Origin: a virus
Lineage: Duplodnaviria; Caudoviricetes
Direction: 5' to 3' (one strand)
IMG/VR virus record: IMGVR_UViG_2595698952_000001
Location: 160,001-224,000 of that record
Length of the DNA: 64,000 bases
Shown here: piece by piece, positions 53,974-64,000 of the stretch
Layout of the letters: the number at the start of each line of letters is the position of its first letter
Numbering within the stretch: the first letter of the stretch is position 1
Position numbers and translations under genes: made by a program
Notes under the pieces: generated by a model
Database searches by the model: none
Seen by the model: only the letters and a program-made list of their open reading frames with translations
What the model was told of the DNA's origin: nothing

Positions 53974-56931
53974 TTATTCTTTCGTGGTATCGTGGCGATT
54001 GTACGAGATAACGATGTCGTCTTTTAACCCGATGTCCCCGTTGGCTTCCACATCGAGTTTCTTCCCGATGGTAGCCCGCGAAGCTTCGGAGACCACAGTG
54101 AACAGACGCATGTCTTTGTCTGGCCCCATGTTATCCAACTCTACCCCAATCACTGACCCTTCCAGTGCGGTCTTCAACAGGTTCCCGATTTCCGTGGCAG
54201 ACACGGTCAAGTTCGCGGCCAGATAATCGTTGATGACTTGTGAGGTCTTCTTCCGAATCTGGGCTAACAAATCGGTGTTGTTGCGGTTCGCAGCCGTCAG
54301 GTAGTATTTCACCGTGAACTGATTCTCGGCCGGGATAGGTGTCACCACCCCGTCTTCCGTACGGCAATCAATGTAACCCATCGTGGTGATAGGCACGAAG
54401 AAGCCGTCGGTCTGTTCGAGCAGAATCGGTTTCAGCTTCGGTAACGTTCCGGTCACGTAGTTAACAATGTCGTCTACTACCGAGGCCAGATACTGCTGGG
54501 CGGTTTGGGTAGTAGCGAATTTGTAACGGGCATCAAACACCGCCATCTCGCTGCGGAATTTAATGCTACGCGGTTTGGCAATCACCGGTTGACCATAGTC
54601 ATCCATCACGAGGGTGTTCTTCTCGTGTTCGATTTCCTGTTTTCCGGTTACCGGGTCAATCACCGGGTCACCTTTCCGGTGTTCGTAGACAATCTGCAAC
54701 GGCGGGGTGGCGGCGGGGTCGTACTTGTATTCCGGTACCCCCTCAGCATCACGTTTAATCACATCCACTTTCCAGGTGGCTAACACATCCTCCTGGTAAT
54801 ACTCGTAGTTGATGGTGTCCGTCACTGCACGGGCTTTACGCCAGTAGTAGGTCAGTGCTTTCCCCAGTTCGATTTTGAAAATCTCATGGGTAACACCAAT
54901 CGCATCACGAGACGGCAGTGTGATTAAAGTGTCCATTTCCGCACGTTCGTAGTTCCCCGGATAGTAACCCGTGGTACCGTAGAACACGTTGAAGTCAGTC
55001 AGCAGAGCCACCGGCGTATCGACCGGATTCTCACTGGTCATGCGCGTGTTGGTCAGCACCAGTTCGTCATTACGGTCAACGTCGAGGTTACTTTCCAGCA
55101 GGAACTCCCAGACGCGTTCATTCCCTTGCTTACCCACCAGTTCCCCGTTGATGTACGCCAGCGTGCCATCTGAGTTACGCGGGGTAAAGGAGATTTGCGC
55201 AAACACCTGTGAGTCGTCCAGGGCTTGGTACGGGGGTTCGGATTTGGTGACTGTCCGCAACACGTACCCGGCTTCGGTCTTCTCAATGGTGTAGTCCGCG
55301 GTAACCACTGACAGTTCCGTGGTGACGTTGGTGGTAATGAAACGCTTGGAACTGAGCTGCGGTTTGTCCAGCTGATAGATACGCACGTCGATGGCTTTGT
55401 TGTTGATGTCCACGACGTAGAAGAACGGGGTGAAGAGATACCGCGAGGTGTTCCCGGCATTCACCAGGTCTTCCTTACGCATCGTTTTCGCCAACTCGGT
55501 CATCTGTGCATCAATCGACAGACTGGTATCGGTAAAGCGGTACAGAGTATCCGGGCCAATGGTCAGACGGTTACCGTTTACCTTCACCGTGGACAATGCC
55601 ACCAGTTCATCCCAGGAGAAATACAGCGGGGCCGTAATTGTCCCAATCGGGGTACTGACTTTGGAGATTGTCGAGTCCATCATCGGGGCTGTCAGGAAGT
55701 AGGTACGCCCGGTGACATAGTCGTTCGGTTTAGACAGCGTCAGGCCGTAATCCGACACAGTGGCTTCCAGTTGTTTCTCAGTGACCGGTAACCGGCGGGC
55801 ACCCACGGCATTGTTCACCACACGTTCACGCAGTTCGTCAAACGACAATTGCCCACGACCCCCTTTCGCCATTTTCCCGGCAGCCGCGGCCAGCATTTTA
55901 ATGGAGAAGGATTTAATCGGGTTGACGTAGTTGGCATCGTACTCACTGTTAAAATCACGCAGCGAGAAGGTGTACTCGTCAGCCGGATAGGCCGAGATGT
56001 CCAGACTGATGGGACCGAGCGTGGTGTAGACATCCATGCGCACTTCGCCACTCACCAGATTCTTCGCCATGTAAATGGACGGAATGGTGCAGCGAAGACT
56101 GGATGAGCCCACCTGAATCAACGCTGTGGGAGTGTTCGGGTCATACACGTCACGGTTGTGCGTGTGACTGATTTCCACCCAGGTGGTGGTGTTCAGTAAC
56201 TTGACCCACACCCGCACGTAGAAGAACTTGTTGGTGTAGGCACGGGTCATCACAAAGGTGTTCTGCCCTTCGACCGTGTCCGATTCCGACTTCACGGAAT
56301 ACTGCATGGTTGGGATGTGAATCGCCAGCAGTTGTGAGGTGGTGGTGTTCGTGCTGGTCAGTTCCCATTCCAGGGCATTGGTGGACACCGGTGAAATCGG
56401 GGACTGGTTCTCGGTAATCCACAATACCTGAAACGCCGGAGACTCGTTGGTGCCATACGGCAGAACACGAATCTCAATCGGGTACTGAATCGCAAACGGG
56501 TAGCCCGAGACATTAAACACGGTGTCGCGGGGAATCACCACTTTACGAATCCCGGCCACGTTCAACGGATAGGCTTTCGACAGAATCGAATCCACATCCA
56601 ACAGCAGAATCAGTTCGGTACTGCCGGGTTGTGCAAATACATCCACGTAGTCGACGTCAGACATGTGACGGAACAAATCGTCGTAGGTCTGGGCCATGCT
56701 CGCAAATGTCTTCGGTACCGTTTCCCGTGAACCCATGATCGTCGTGTGGCCAATCATCGTGCCCATCTCCGCCAGGTAAGCCACCGGGTCAGTTGGGTCA
56801 CGCAGCAGAATCTGCCCTTCGGCGTCTTCGACATCCTGGAGATGGTTTAACTGAATCGACTGCATCGCGGCGGGGTGGTGCGCCAGCAGCAGCAGATTGT
56901 CAGCCATCGTTTTATACGTATTTGAACTCAT
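53974..56931 (-). CDS. Baseplate wedge protein (T4 gp6 / baseplate-J-like)
   Basis: GGRGQLSFDELRERVVNNAVGARRLPVT resembles the GG...E..R...R.VT motif of gp6/J; 985 aa. Confidence 0.6.
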   Translation of the reverse strand: MSSNTYKTMADNLLLLAHHPAAMQSIQLNHLQDVEDAEGQILLRDPTDPVAYLAEMGTMIGHTTIMGSRETVPKTFASMAQTYDDLFRHMSDVDYVDVFAQPGSTELILLLDVDSILSKAYPLNVAGIRKVVIPRDTVFNVSGYPFAIQYPIEIRVLPYGTNESPAFQVLWITENQSPISPVSTNALEWELTSTNTTTSQLLAIHIPTMQYSVKSESDTVEGQNTFVMTRAYTNKFFYVRVWVKLLNTTTWVEISHTHNRDVYDPNTPTALIQVGSSSLRCTIPSIYMAKNLVSGEVRMDVYTTLGPISLDISAYPADEYTFSLRDFNSEYDANYVNPIKSFSIKMLAAAAGKMAKGGRGQLSFDELRERVVNNAVGARRLPVTEKQLEATVSDYGLTLSKPNDYVTGRTYFLTAPMMDSTISKVSTPIGTITAPLYFSWDELVALSTVKVNGNRLTIGPDTLYRFTDTSLSIDAQMTELAKTMRKEDLVNAGNTSRYLFTPFFYVVDINNKAIDVRIYQLDKPQLSSKRFITTNVTTELSVVTADYTIEKTEAGYVLRTVTKSEPPYQALDDSQVFAQISFTPRNSDGTLAYINGELVGKQGNERVWEFLLESNLDVDRNDELVLTNTRMTSENPVDTPVALLTDFNVFYGTTGYYPGNYERAEMDTLITLPSRDAIGVTHEIFKIELGKALTYYWRKARAVTDTINYEYYQEDVLATWKVDVIKRDAEGVPEYKYDPAATPPLQIVYEHRKGDPVIDPVTGKQEIEHEKNTLVMDDYGQPVIAKPRSIKFRSEMAVFDARYKFATTQTAQQYLASVVDDIVNYVTGTLPKLKPILLEQTDGFFVPITTMGYIDCRTEDGVVTPIPAENQFTVKYYLTAANRNNTDLLAQIRKKTSQVINDYLAANLTVSATEIGNLLKTALEGSVIGVELDNMGPDKDMRLFTVVSEASRATIGKKLDVEANGDIGLKDDIVISYNRHDTTKE

Positions 56932-58229
56932 TAGGTGGCACTCGACGTTACGAGGGCATTGCCTGCATTATCCAACAGACCTGCCTTCTTGAGAATGTGC
57001 TGATAATCGTTTTGATAAACGTACCAGGTGAGTTTACGCCGCAAGGTGTCAATGTGGGGATAACCGTAATAGTTGAATAACGGCAACAGCTGCGGAGCAA
57101 TGGGTACCAGTTGATCAGAACCAATCGGCTGGAAGTTACCGCTGGCGACACTGCCCGGTACCGGCAGCATGTCCGGGTTAAACATCCCCACCACGGCATT
57201 GAACATTTCCATGTACAGCGGGTCATCGAAACGGGCACCAATAAACTGCCAGTTCAGGTTGATGGTGGTGTCATCCTGCATCTGCGGTTTGGAGTTATCG
57301 ACGTTGGCCATTTGTCCGGCGTTGTCGTTCATCGGCCAACCCACACAAGCTGTCCAGAAACGAGTGATGTTCCCCAGGGCATCGTAGCGTAGACCGTACG
57401 CACGCGACTGGTAATCGATACGGCGTTGAATCGAGTTACGCATCTTCGGTTTGAACTTGCCCATCTTAATCCCGGACATGTACTCCAGCCAAATCCCCAT
57501 CATGCGCATCACCGGGTTCCCGTACGGGTTGTTCAGCGTCATGGACATGCTGTACTGGTTGTTGACCTCGTGGGTCGAATCCACCATCCCCCACTGCTCA
57601 CGCATAATCCCTTCGTTCGACATCCAGTTATCCACACTCTGATCCGGCATCCCGGAGAGGCTCAGTAACTGTGTGCTGAGCAATGGTATGAATGCCTGAA
57701 GATTGTCGAACATGATTTCCGAGAGGAACGGTGTACCCAGACGGTTCACCCGACGCCCCTTCACCATCGGTGGGTCGGAGAAACCTAACTCAAAGTCAGG
57801 GTCTAACGCCGCCAAAATGGAATAGTCAAGTGAGGACCGAGGCTGTGACGCCATGTTAGACATTTTGCGTGAGTTCGCAATGTTGTCAAAGCACAGGTTG
57901 AAGTCCGGTCGGGTAATAAAGGTTAACCCACCGTATTCCCGGTTAATCGGCGTAGGGTTAGACGCCATCATATGGTTAAACCCCATATAGGGGTTGGTCA
58001 TACGCTGCGCAGCTAGACCCAAACCTACTGTAAGACGGATGCGATCATTCCACCCGGACAGTTCACTGTTCTTGTCGTACGCGGTGGTCGGGTTATTGTT
58101 GTTTAACCGCCCGTTGAAATACCCCGCGACAGACGGGACTGCATCCTGGTTATTGGGGTTCAGTTCGGTGTCGGTCAAATCGGTATTCGGGTCATACCCC
58201 GGATTGTTCTTATCAGTCTCGTTACTCAT
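56931..58229 (-). CDS. Virion structural protein (possible tube-initiator/baseplate)
   Basis: TAATG coupling with the baseplate gene; WLEYM and CVGWP motifs like tube-fold proteins. Confidence 0.55.
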   Translation of the reverse strand: MSNETDKNNPGYDPNTDLTDTELNPNNQDAVPSVAGYFNGRLNNNNPTTAYDKNSELSGWNDRIRLTVGLGLAAQRMTNPYMGFNHMMASNPTPINREYGGLTFITRPDFNLCFDNIANSRKMSNMASQPRSSLDYSILAALDPDFELGFSDPPMVKGRRVNRLGTPFLSEIMFDNLQAFIPLLSTQLLSLSGMPDQSVDNWMSNEGIMREQWGMVDSTHEVNNQYSMSMTLNNPYGNPVMRMMGIWLEYMSGIKMGKFKPKMRNSIQRRIDYQSRAYGLRYDALGNITRFWTACVGWPMNDNAGQMANVDNSKPQMQDDTTINLNWQFIGARFDDPLYMEMFNAVVGMFNPDMLPVPGSVASGNFQPIGSDQLVPIAPQLLPLFNYYGYPHIDTLRRKLTWYVYQNDYQHILKKAGLLDNAGNALVTSSAT

Positions 58230-58255
58230 CTTTAACTCCGGAGTTTAGCTAAAAA

Positions 58256-59509
58256 ATGTCAGATAAAACACTTGAGACCTCAGTGGTCAATATTCTCTCG
58301 AGATTCCCTGACTTGCTGCGCCAGCGCGCAGAGTCAACGGAAGAATTCAACGCGGTGCTTAACAATGAGCACATCACGCTGGTTGAGCAAAGCCTACTGG
58401 GTCTGGATTATCTTCCGGGTATTCTCGAAAAACTCCAAATCTTGCTGGCTGCTAACCAGTTGACCGCAATCTCTTTGCTGGTCGGTGTTCCTGAGGTAGA
58501 TATCCTCGGCACCCTGGACAAAGTTAGCACCCAACGTAATGTCCTGGACAACGCCGCACGCAGCGGCGCACGCCTGGCGAAGTTTGCCGTGGGCGAGTCA
58601 TCCCGCTTTGGCTTGCCGTCATACGATAAAACCGCCATCGCTGTGGGTGAATCTCGCCGTCCGGGTGGTCGTGGTCGAGGCAGTGATTTCATGATGGGCG
58701 CAAACGCCAAGTATGACGATTACTCCTCTATTGGTGGCGATAACGTGACCAATAACGACAACAGCCGTAACGACAACCGTACCACGAACCACACGGTCAA
58801 TAACATTGACGGTTCGGGTAAGGCCGGGAAAGTCGCCGCGACTCTGCCGAGCAATACCTTGAAACAACTGCATGAGCAGGAAGGGTTGTCGAACGGTAAG
58901 CTGTTCTCTGTGACCTTCGAGCGTGACGGTAATAAGGTTGAGCTGCCAATGCAGTTACGCCTGGCGGTGAAATCCCTGCCAACCGAACAAATCGAAACCA
59001 TCATTGCATTCAGCGACCAGACCAAAACGTTCTGGGAACGTGTGCTGCGTGCCAAAGTGGGTTCTCTGAGCTACGCGAAAGACATCGCGCTGTGTAACGA
59101 CCTTATCGACGAGTACCGTAAGAACCGCTACCGTGATAAGTCCGGCTACTACCGCAAGATGATGGAGAAGAAGAACGGCAACTGGCTGTCTGGTCTGCTG
59201 AGCCTGTCTCCGTCTATCAACAATGCCTCGTCTATCATGGTGGTGTCGCAGGACACTATCGACGGGCTGTCTGCCCAGCTCGGTGGTGACTTCGACGACT
59301 TCAACGTCCGTCAGCGTGTGTTCCAGGATACCCTGACAGTTTACTACGTTGTGGTAGACACCGTCTGGAACCGTGTCACCATCTATACTCGTGGCCAGGC
59401 TTCTCCGCGTGAAATGGACAAGTCTGACTTTAGTAAAGCGAAGGCCGGTAGCGGCGATGTGAATAAAATCATCGAAGCTTATCGTTCAGGCGCGCAACCG
59501 GTTCTTTAA
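58256..59509 (+). CDS. Virion head / inner-body protein
   Basis: Two AVGES processing motifs; first of the head cluster. Confidence 0.65.
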   Translation: MSDKTLETSVVNILSRFPDLLRQRAESTEEFNAVLNNEHITLVEQSLLGLDYLPGILEKLQILLAANQLTAISLLVGVPEVDILGTLDKVSTQRNVLDNAARSGARLAKFAVGESSRFGLPSYDKTAIAVGESRRPGGRGRGSDFMMGANAKYDDYSSIGGDNVTNNDNSRNDNRTTNHTVNNIDGSGKAGKVAATLPSNTLKQLHEQEGLSNGKLFSVTFERDGNKVELPMQLRLAVKSLPTEQIETIIAFSDQTKTFWERVLRAKVGSLSYAKDIALCNDLIDEYRKNRYRDKSGYYRKMMEKKNGNWLSGLLSLSPSINNASSIMVVSQDTIDGLSAQLGGDFDDFNVRQRVFQDTLTVYYVVVDTVWNRVTIYTRGQASPREMDKSDFSKAKAGSGDVNKIIEAYRSGAQPVL

Positions 59510-59519
59510 GGGGTAAGAA

Positions 59520-60458
59520 ATGCCGATTCCAAATGCGTTGGCGATGCTACTGCCAACTTTCGAATCTACGAATTTGAAAAACCAACTGTCATCCAACTGC
59601 GATGCCATTGGTGATGCGTTGCTGCCACAGTTCGTGAACTTGCAAGAACTCGTGGGCACAGTCCAGGGCAAACCGTTTAAGTCTAAACCGGTTGCCGAGT
59701 TATCCGAGAACTTCGTGAAGTATCTCCATCAGTCCGGTCTGGACGTGAAGGGGCTGCGTAACGCCAGTATGCTCGAGTACGTGATTGCGTCCATGGAAAA
59801 CGTTCTGCAACTGCGCCCGTTCCTGGAACAGTGCATTACCCGTGACATCGGCAAAACGCTGGTGACATCCTCGCTGACGTTCAACAAACAAACCGTGTTG
59901 CAGATACTCGACCTGATCGACTTCTTCACCGGTTACAGCAGCATCCTGGTCAACTACATCACCGCCGAAGAAATTGCGTCTATCGAAGGGTCGAACATTG
60001 CAGTGAAGGGAATCGGTCCGAAAGACCTTCAATACCTGCAAACGCGTTCTATCTCTTACGGTATTGCGGTGCGTGTGCTGGCGACGCCGATTGCTAAGTT
60101 GAAAGCGGACTATGCGGAAATCCCCGAAGCTGTCTTCGATGAAGACACGTACAACGATTTAGTCAAACAGTTCGGTTCGAGCTCGACTGATCCGTTGGGT
60201 ATGTCTTCTGTGCCGTTCCCGTTATCGCTCATCTACCGTGCTCGCCTGAACTGGGCCGAGTGGCAGATGGATCGTTACGACGAATGTGTCGAAGCTGCTA
60301 AGGCGACTGAACTGCGTATCCTGCTGTACAAAAAGCAACAGGCCGACGGTAAGGGTGATGCGCACATTGAGAAACTCATCGAAGCGCACGAAAAGCGTTT
60401 GATGGAACTCAAGTACAAACGTGAGCGTCTGGAGAAAAAATACGGGCTGGCTGCGTAA
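59520..60458 (+). CDS. Virion head / inner-body protein
   Basis: Head cluster synteny; C-terminal coiled coil. Confidence 0.65.
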   Translation: MPIPNALAMLLPTFESTNLKNQLSSNCDAIGDALLPQFVNLQELVGTVQGKPFKSKPVAELSENFVKYLHQSGLDVKGLRNASMLEYVIASMENVLQLRPFLEQCITRDIGKTLVTSSLTFNKQTVLQILDLIDFFTGYSSILVNYITAEEIASIEGSNIAVKGIGPKDLQYLQTRSISYGIAVRVLATPIAKLKADYAEIPEAVFDEDTYNDLVKQFGSSSTDPLGMSSVPFPLSLIYRARLNWAEWQMDRYDECVEAAKATELRILLYKKQQADGKGDAHIEKLIEAHEKRLMELKYKRERLEKKYGLAA

Positions 60459-60479
60459 GCCCGTTAGCAGGAGTGTCTC

Positions 60480-61040
60480 ATGTCTGTAGAAACCAATCCG
60501 GATTTTAATCTGGCCGAGAAGAAAATCAAAAACTTCATGGCCATCATGACCCAAAACCCCGTGGAAACACACGACGATAAGTTGATTCACGAAACGCTGC
60601 AAGCGTGTGCGGTGGTCTTGCCTTACTTTCGTATGCTGGGTGCCCAGTCCGTCCAGGATGTATTATATGACGAATATCCGCAAGTCGGTTTTACGTTTAA
60701 TACGTTCTACAACGAGTCTGTCGCATTCTTGCTGGATGGCAAGCGCCGTTCAACGTCCCTTGGCCAGTGGTCGGTGTTGATGACAACGTACATGAACGAC
60801 GTACACAACACCAAGTCTGTAGAACATACCGGTGGGCTGGGTAGCCGCTTGATTGCAGCTGCTTACGGTCGTGCGGGTAAAGTTCGTGATATGGGTAAAG
60901 CACATCAAACGTGGACAGCGGATGCGCGCCTATTATCTTATGCAGACCACGAACTGCTGGCACGGTGGATGACACGTCCTAACGGGTTGTCTGATATGAT
61001 CTCGTCGTTAGCAGTGTTTTTAAAAATCGCACGTCCCTAA
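60480..61040 (+). CDS. Putative virion head protein
   Basis: AGGAG RBS; head cluster. Confidence 0.65.
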   Translation: MSVETNPDFNLAEKKIKNFMAIMTQNPVETHDDKLIHETLQACAVVLPYFRMLGAQSVQDVLYDEYPQVGFTFNTFYNESVAFLLDGKRRSTSLGQWSVLMTTYMNDVHNTKSVEHTGGLGSRLIAAAYGRAGKVRDMGKAHQTWTADARLLSYADHELLARWMTRPNGLSDMISSLAVFLKIARP

Positions 61041-61095
61041 GGGGGCCCCTATCCAGGGGCGTGTAATTGGGTTATAACCAAAGGAACCAAACGAA

Positions 61096-62376
61096 ATGGC
61101 AAATTTTGCACAACGTAAGATGGCCCGCGAGTCCGTTGAGACCGAAGGCGATGTAATCGACGGTATCAGCAACGTTGAACCGGCTGAAGAAAACATCGAC
61201 GTCCAGCTGGCCGAAGTTGCCTCTATGGACGGTCAGCTCGAGCAGCTGGAAGGTGACGGCGAAACTCTGTCTACTGACACCCAGCGTACCGAAGCAGCGA
61301 TCGACTCTGCTGACGAAGCGATCGAAAACGGCGAAGAACAACCGGAAGAAGCCATTGCCCACACCGAAGTGGCGCAAGAGTCTATCCGTCGTCGCTGGGG
61401 CATTGACCGCACCAAACTGGCGCGTGAATCATTCCGCCGTGGTCGCGGCATGACCAAAGCCGCTCAGGAAGGCTGGAAAGATACCCTGAAGGATCTGTAC
61501 AAGCGCTTCATCGAATTCTGTAAAGAAGTGATTGGCAAGATCAAAGATCTGAAACTGAAATACATCAACGTTGGTAAGTCGGCACAGAAACGTGCGAAGG
61601 CGTACCAGGAAGCGATCCGTAAGCTGGGCAAAGTTAAGAGCGGCAAAGAGAACATCTCTGGCGGCTTCATTAGCAAACTGTCTATCGAAGGTAAATTCGA
61701 CGTTGCTGGTTCTATCGCTATCGCGAAAGACGTGACCGGCGGTAAAGTGAAAGGCGCGATCACTGCTCTGTCTAAACAGGCTGATGAAACTGCGGTTGCT
61801 GTTGCCAAAGGCACCGGCGATGCGTTCTCTGCGCTGAAAGGCAACGAAGCTGTGACTCTGTTCGGTACTGCTGCGACCAAACTGCGCAACCTGCCGCAGT
61901 TCGAAGATGCTGAATCTCAGCGTCTGCTGGCCCTGCCGGGCAACGCGTACATCCAGTCTGGTAATAAGAAACTGGCTGGCGGTCATGATTTCACCGCGAT
62001 CGCGTTCATGTCAACTGGCGACAACAGCGAAGAGAAAGAAGTGTCTGTACCTAACGCTTCTGCTCTGTCTTCTGCTGCGTCTGCGCTGGACTCTATCGGC
62101 AAGAGCTTTGAAGCTGTGCTGAAAGATTTCCGTGTGTATGACACCGAAATCGAGAAGCTGCAACAGGCAGCTGAGAAAGCGGCTTCTGCGCTGGATAAAT
62201 CCAACGACGAAACCGAGTGGGAAGGTCTGCGTTCTGCACGCTCTGCGGCTGACCAGTCTGTTAAGAACTACCAGACTCTGAACCGTGCCGTGAACTACGT
62301 TGGTAACACTGTTATCAGCGGCCTGAACGGTTACATCGGTGCTGGTATCGGCGCGTACGAAAAGTCTAAAGCTTAA
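61096..62376 (+). CDS. Abundant internal head (ejection) protein, phiKZ gp93-family paralog
   Basis: Acidic propeptide with ARE, AQE, ARE, AQEGW sites. Confidence 0.8.
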   Translation: MANFAQRKMARESVETEGDVIDGISNVEPAEENIDVQLAEVASMDGQLEQLEGDGETLSTDTQRTEAAIDSADEAIENGEEQPEEAIAHTEVAQESIRRRWGIDRTKLARESFRRGRGMTKAAQEGWKDTLKDLYKRFIEFCKEVIGKIKDLKLKYINVGKSAQKRAKAYQEAIRKLGKVKSGKENISGGFISKLSIEGKFDVAGSIAIAKDVTGGKVKGAITALSKQADETAVAVAKGTGDAFSALKGNEAVTLFGTAATKLRNLPQFEDAESQRLLALPGNAYIQSGNKKLAGGHDFTAIAFMSTGDNSEEKEVSVPNASALSSAASALDSIGKSFEAVLKDFRVYDTEIEKLQQAAEKAASALDKSNDETEWEGLRSARSAADQSVKNYQTLNRAVNYVGNTVISGLNGYIGAGIGAYEKSKA

Positions 62377-62447
62377 TCGTATAGCTGTAGCTCGGTTTCC
62401 AAATCATTAACGGCGGTACAAGTGTGCCGCCCAGAGGATCAAAGAAG

Positions 62448-63701
62448 ATGGCAAATTTTGCGCAAAAACAAGCTGCCCGTGAATCGATCGAAGGTGCAGG
62501 CACCATCGTTCCGGACGGTATCGAACTGCCAGCGGAGTCCGTAGAAGGTACTCTGGCTGACATCGAGCACGACACCAAACCTATCGACCAGATGGATGCG
62601 GAAGCAGACGTCCTGTCCGAAGATGGTGACGAAACTGATGCACAGCTGGATGCAGTTGATTCTGCCCAGGCTGCTGCTGATGGCGAAGGTGACGACGCTG
62701 ACATGGAAGCGGAAGAAGATATGCCTGACGATGCAGCCGATGCGCTGGATGTTGCTCAGGAATCTATCCGTAAGCGTTGGGGCTTCGAACACCGCACCAG
62801 CGTTGCTCGCGAAAGCTACGGTTCTCGTAACCGCCGTAAGGTCGCTCGTGAATCCCTGTGGGATGACATCAAAGCGTTCCTGAAGCGTATCTGGGAATGG
62901 CTGAAAGAGCAGGGTCGTAAAGTGAAAGACCGCTGGCTGAAATTCAGCAACCAGGGTAAATCTATCCAGGCGCGCGCGAAAAAGTACGACGGTGCGATCC
63001 GTAACCTCGGCAAGCAGAAGAAAGACACCATTTCTGGTGGCTTCATCAAGCAGCTGACCAAAGGCGGCAAGTTCGTTGGTAACGACGTACCTGCGCTGAA
63101 AGCGGTATCCGATGAAATCGGTGCTATCTACGCTGCGCAGGAAACCACCGTGTCTAAACTGACCGGTCTGGTGGCTGGCGTTGAAGGTGGCAAACTGAAG
63201 GCTGGCTTCGCAGAAGCGGTCAACGGTAGCGTACTGAAGAAAAATGGCAACGTTGACCTGCTGGGCAACCAGGTAGGTAAAGCAGAAATCACTGGCGAAG
63301 GCGACGAAGTCAATGCGTCCTTCACCGTGGTCGAAGCTGAAGGCAGCGTGGAAAGCTCGGTTTCTACTCCGAACGCATCTACCCTGTCCTCTCTGGTAGC
63401 CTTCTTCAACCAGCTCGGTAAGAAAGTGGAAGAAAACGTGAAAGCGTACCACAAGAACAACCAGGCTGTTGATAAGTACGAACGTGCTATCGAAGGGCTG
63501 CTCAAGCGTATTGACAACGTGAAAATCGATGACAATCCTGAGCTGACCAGCAATGTCCGTGTTGCCCGCCGTGCTATCACTGTCGGTAACCAGATCATCT
63601 CCTACACTGAGCGCTGCATCGCGACTGGTCAGAAAAACCTGATCAGCGGCGTAAACGGCTACATCAGTGCTGGTATTGCTGCGCACGAAAAGTCTAAGTA
63701 A
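62448..63701 (+). CDS. Abundant internal head protein, tandem paralog of 61096-62376
   Basis: Same MANFAQ..ARES start, VAQESIR..WG, ISGGFI and ISG.NGYI.AGI.A.EKSK ending. Confidence 0.8.
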   Translation: MANFAQKQAARESIEGAGTIVPDGIELPAESVEGTLADIEHDTKPIDQMDAEADVLSEDGDETDAQLDAVDSAQAAADGEGDDADMEAEEDMPDDAADALDVAQESIRKRWGFEHRTSVARESYGSRNRRKVARESLWDDIKAFLKRIWEWLKEQGRKVKDRWLKFSNQGKSIQARAKKYDGAIRNLGKQKKDTISGGFIKQLTKGGKFVGNDVPALKAVSDEIGAIYAAQETTVSKLTGLVAGVEGGKLKAGFAEAVNGSVLKKNGNVDLLGNQVGKAEITGEGDEVNASFTVVEAEGSVESSVSTPNASTLSSLVAFFNQLGKKVEENVKAYHKNNQAVDKYERAIEGLLKRIDNVKIDDNPELTSNVRVARRAITVGNQIISYTERCIATGQKNLISGVNGYISAGIAAHEKSK

Positions 63702-63715
63702 TTAGGCTGGCGACA

Positions 63716-63752
63716 TCCCCCACTTCGGTGGGGGATTTCCCTTTCTTTTTTT
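63716..63752 (+). terminator. Intrinsic terminator
   Basis: ATCCCCCAC-TTCG-GTGGGGGAT followed by a T tract. Confidence 0.85.
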
Positions 63753-63774
63753 GTCCCGGATTATAAATTGTTTC

Positions 63775-63796
63775 AGATATATATTACCTAAGTGAG
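63775..63796 (+). promoter_or_regulatory. Early promoter (TATATTAC)
   Basis: Exact phiKZ-type early motif TATATTAC at 63780-63787, upstream of an RBS. Confidence 0.7.
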
Positions 63797-63843
63797 ATTC
63801 TATATTGAATCTTTTCCCCCAACCCATTTAAGGAATATTTATC

Positions 63844-64000
63844 ATGAACAATATCTTAACTTTTGCTGGCGTTACCCCAACTGTTGTTGAGAACGGTCGT
63901 CTGTCATTCGCGAAAGGCGAAGACCGTATGTCTATTACTAAACTCGAACTCCACGCGATTAACCTGTGGCTGGCGAGCATGGATGCCCATAACCTACCAA
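63844..64000 (+). CDS. Hypothetical early protein (partial)
   Basis: TAAGGA RBS, ATG 63844, open to the window end. Confidence 0.7.
   Translation, partial: MNNILTFAGVTPTVVENGRLSFAKGEDRMSITKLELHAINLWLASMDAHNLP

Noticed and set aside
62439-63686. 415-aa antisense ORF over the head protein
   Set aside because: Same codon-bias shadow effect
1-64000. CRISPR array, rRNA, IS element or alternative genetic code
   Set aside because: No regularly spaced repeats, rRNA motifs or transposase seen; long genes translate cleanly in the standard code and no suppressor anticodon is present

Overview
A 64-kb segment of a nucleus-forming jumbo myophage (phiKZ/SPN3US-like, Chimalliviridae), probably with an enterobacterial host. 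Protein calls rest on motifs read from the translations and on recalled phiKZ/SPN3US gene order; no database search was run. The window opens with the C-terminal part of the terminase large subunit and an AT-rich palindromic candidate origin (~4.7-5.3 kb). An RNA-rich island (~5.3-10.8 kb) holds 11 canonical tRNAs, four atypical tRNA-like RNAs, at least three promoter-linked structured non-coding RNAs (two ~550-590 nt, one ROOL-like), an HslV-like peptidase and a TAXI solute-binding protein. Next come small hypothetical genes and the split family-B DNA polymerase. The core nucleus block follows: chimallin, non-virion RNA polymerase subunits, SbcD-like nuclease, ChmC-like, gp68-like, PicA-like and SF2 helicase genes. 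The rest encodes a virion RNAP subunit, baseplate proteins and protease-processed head proteins. The most notable observations are the large ornate ncRNAs and tRNA mimics, two candidate programmed -1 frameshifts (44797 and 51290), Gly-Leu repeat tails on the nuclear-import proteins, and a recurring TAC-N15-TRTG promoter motif.
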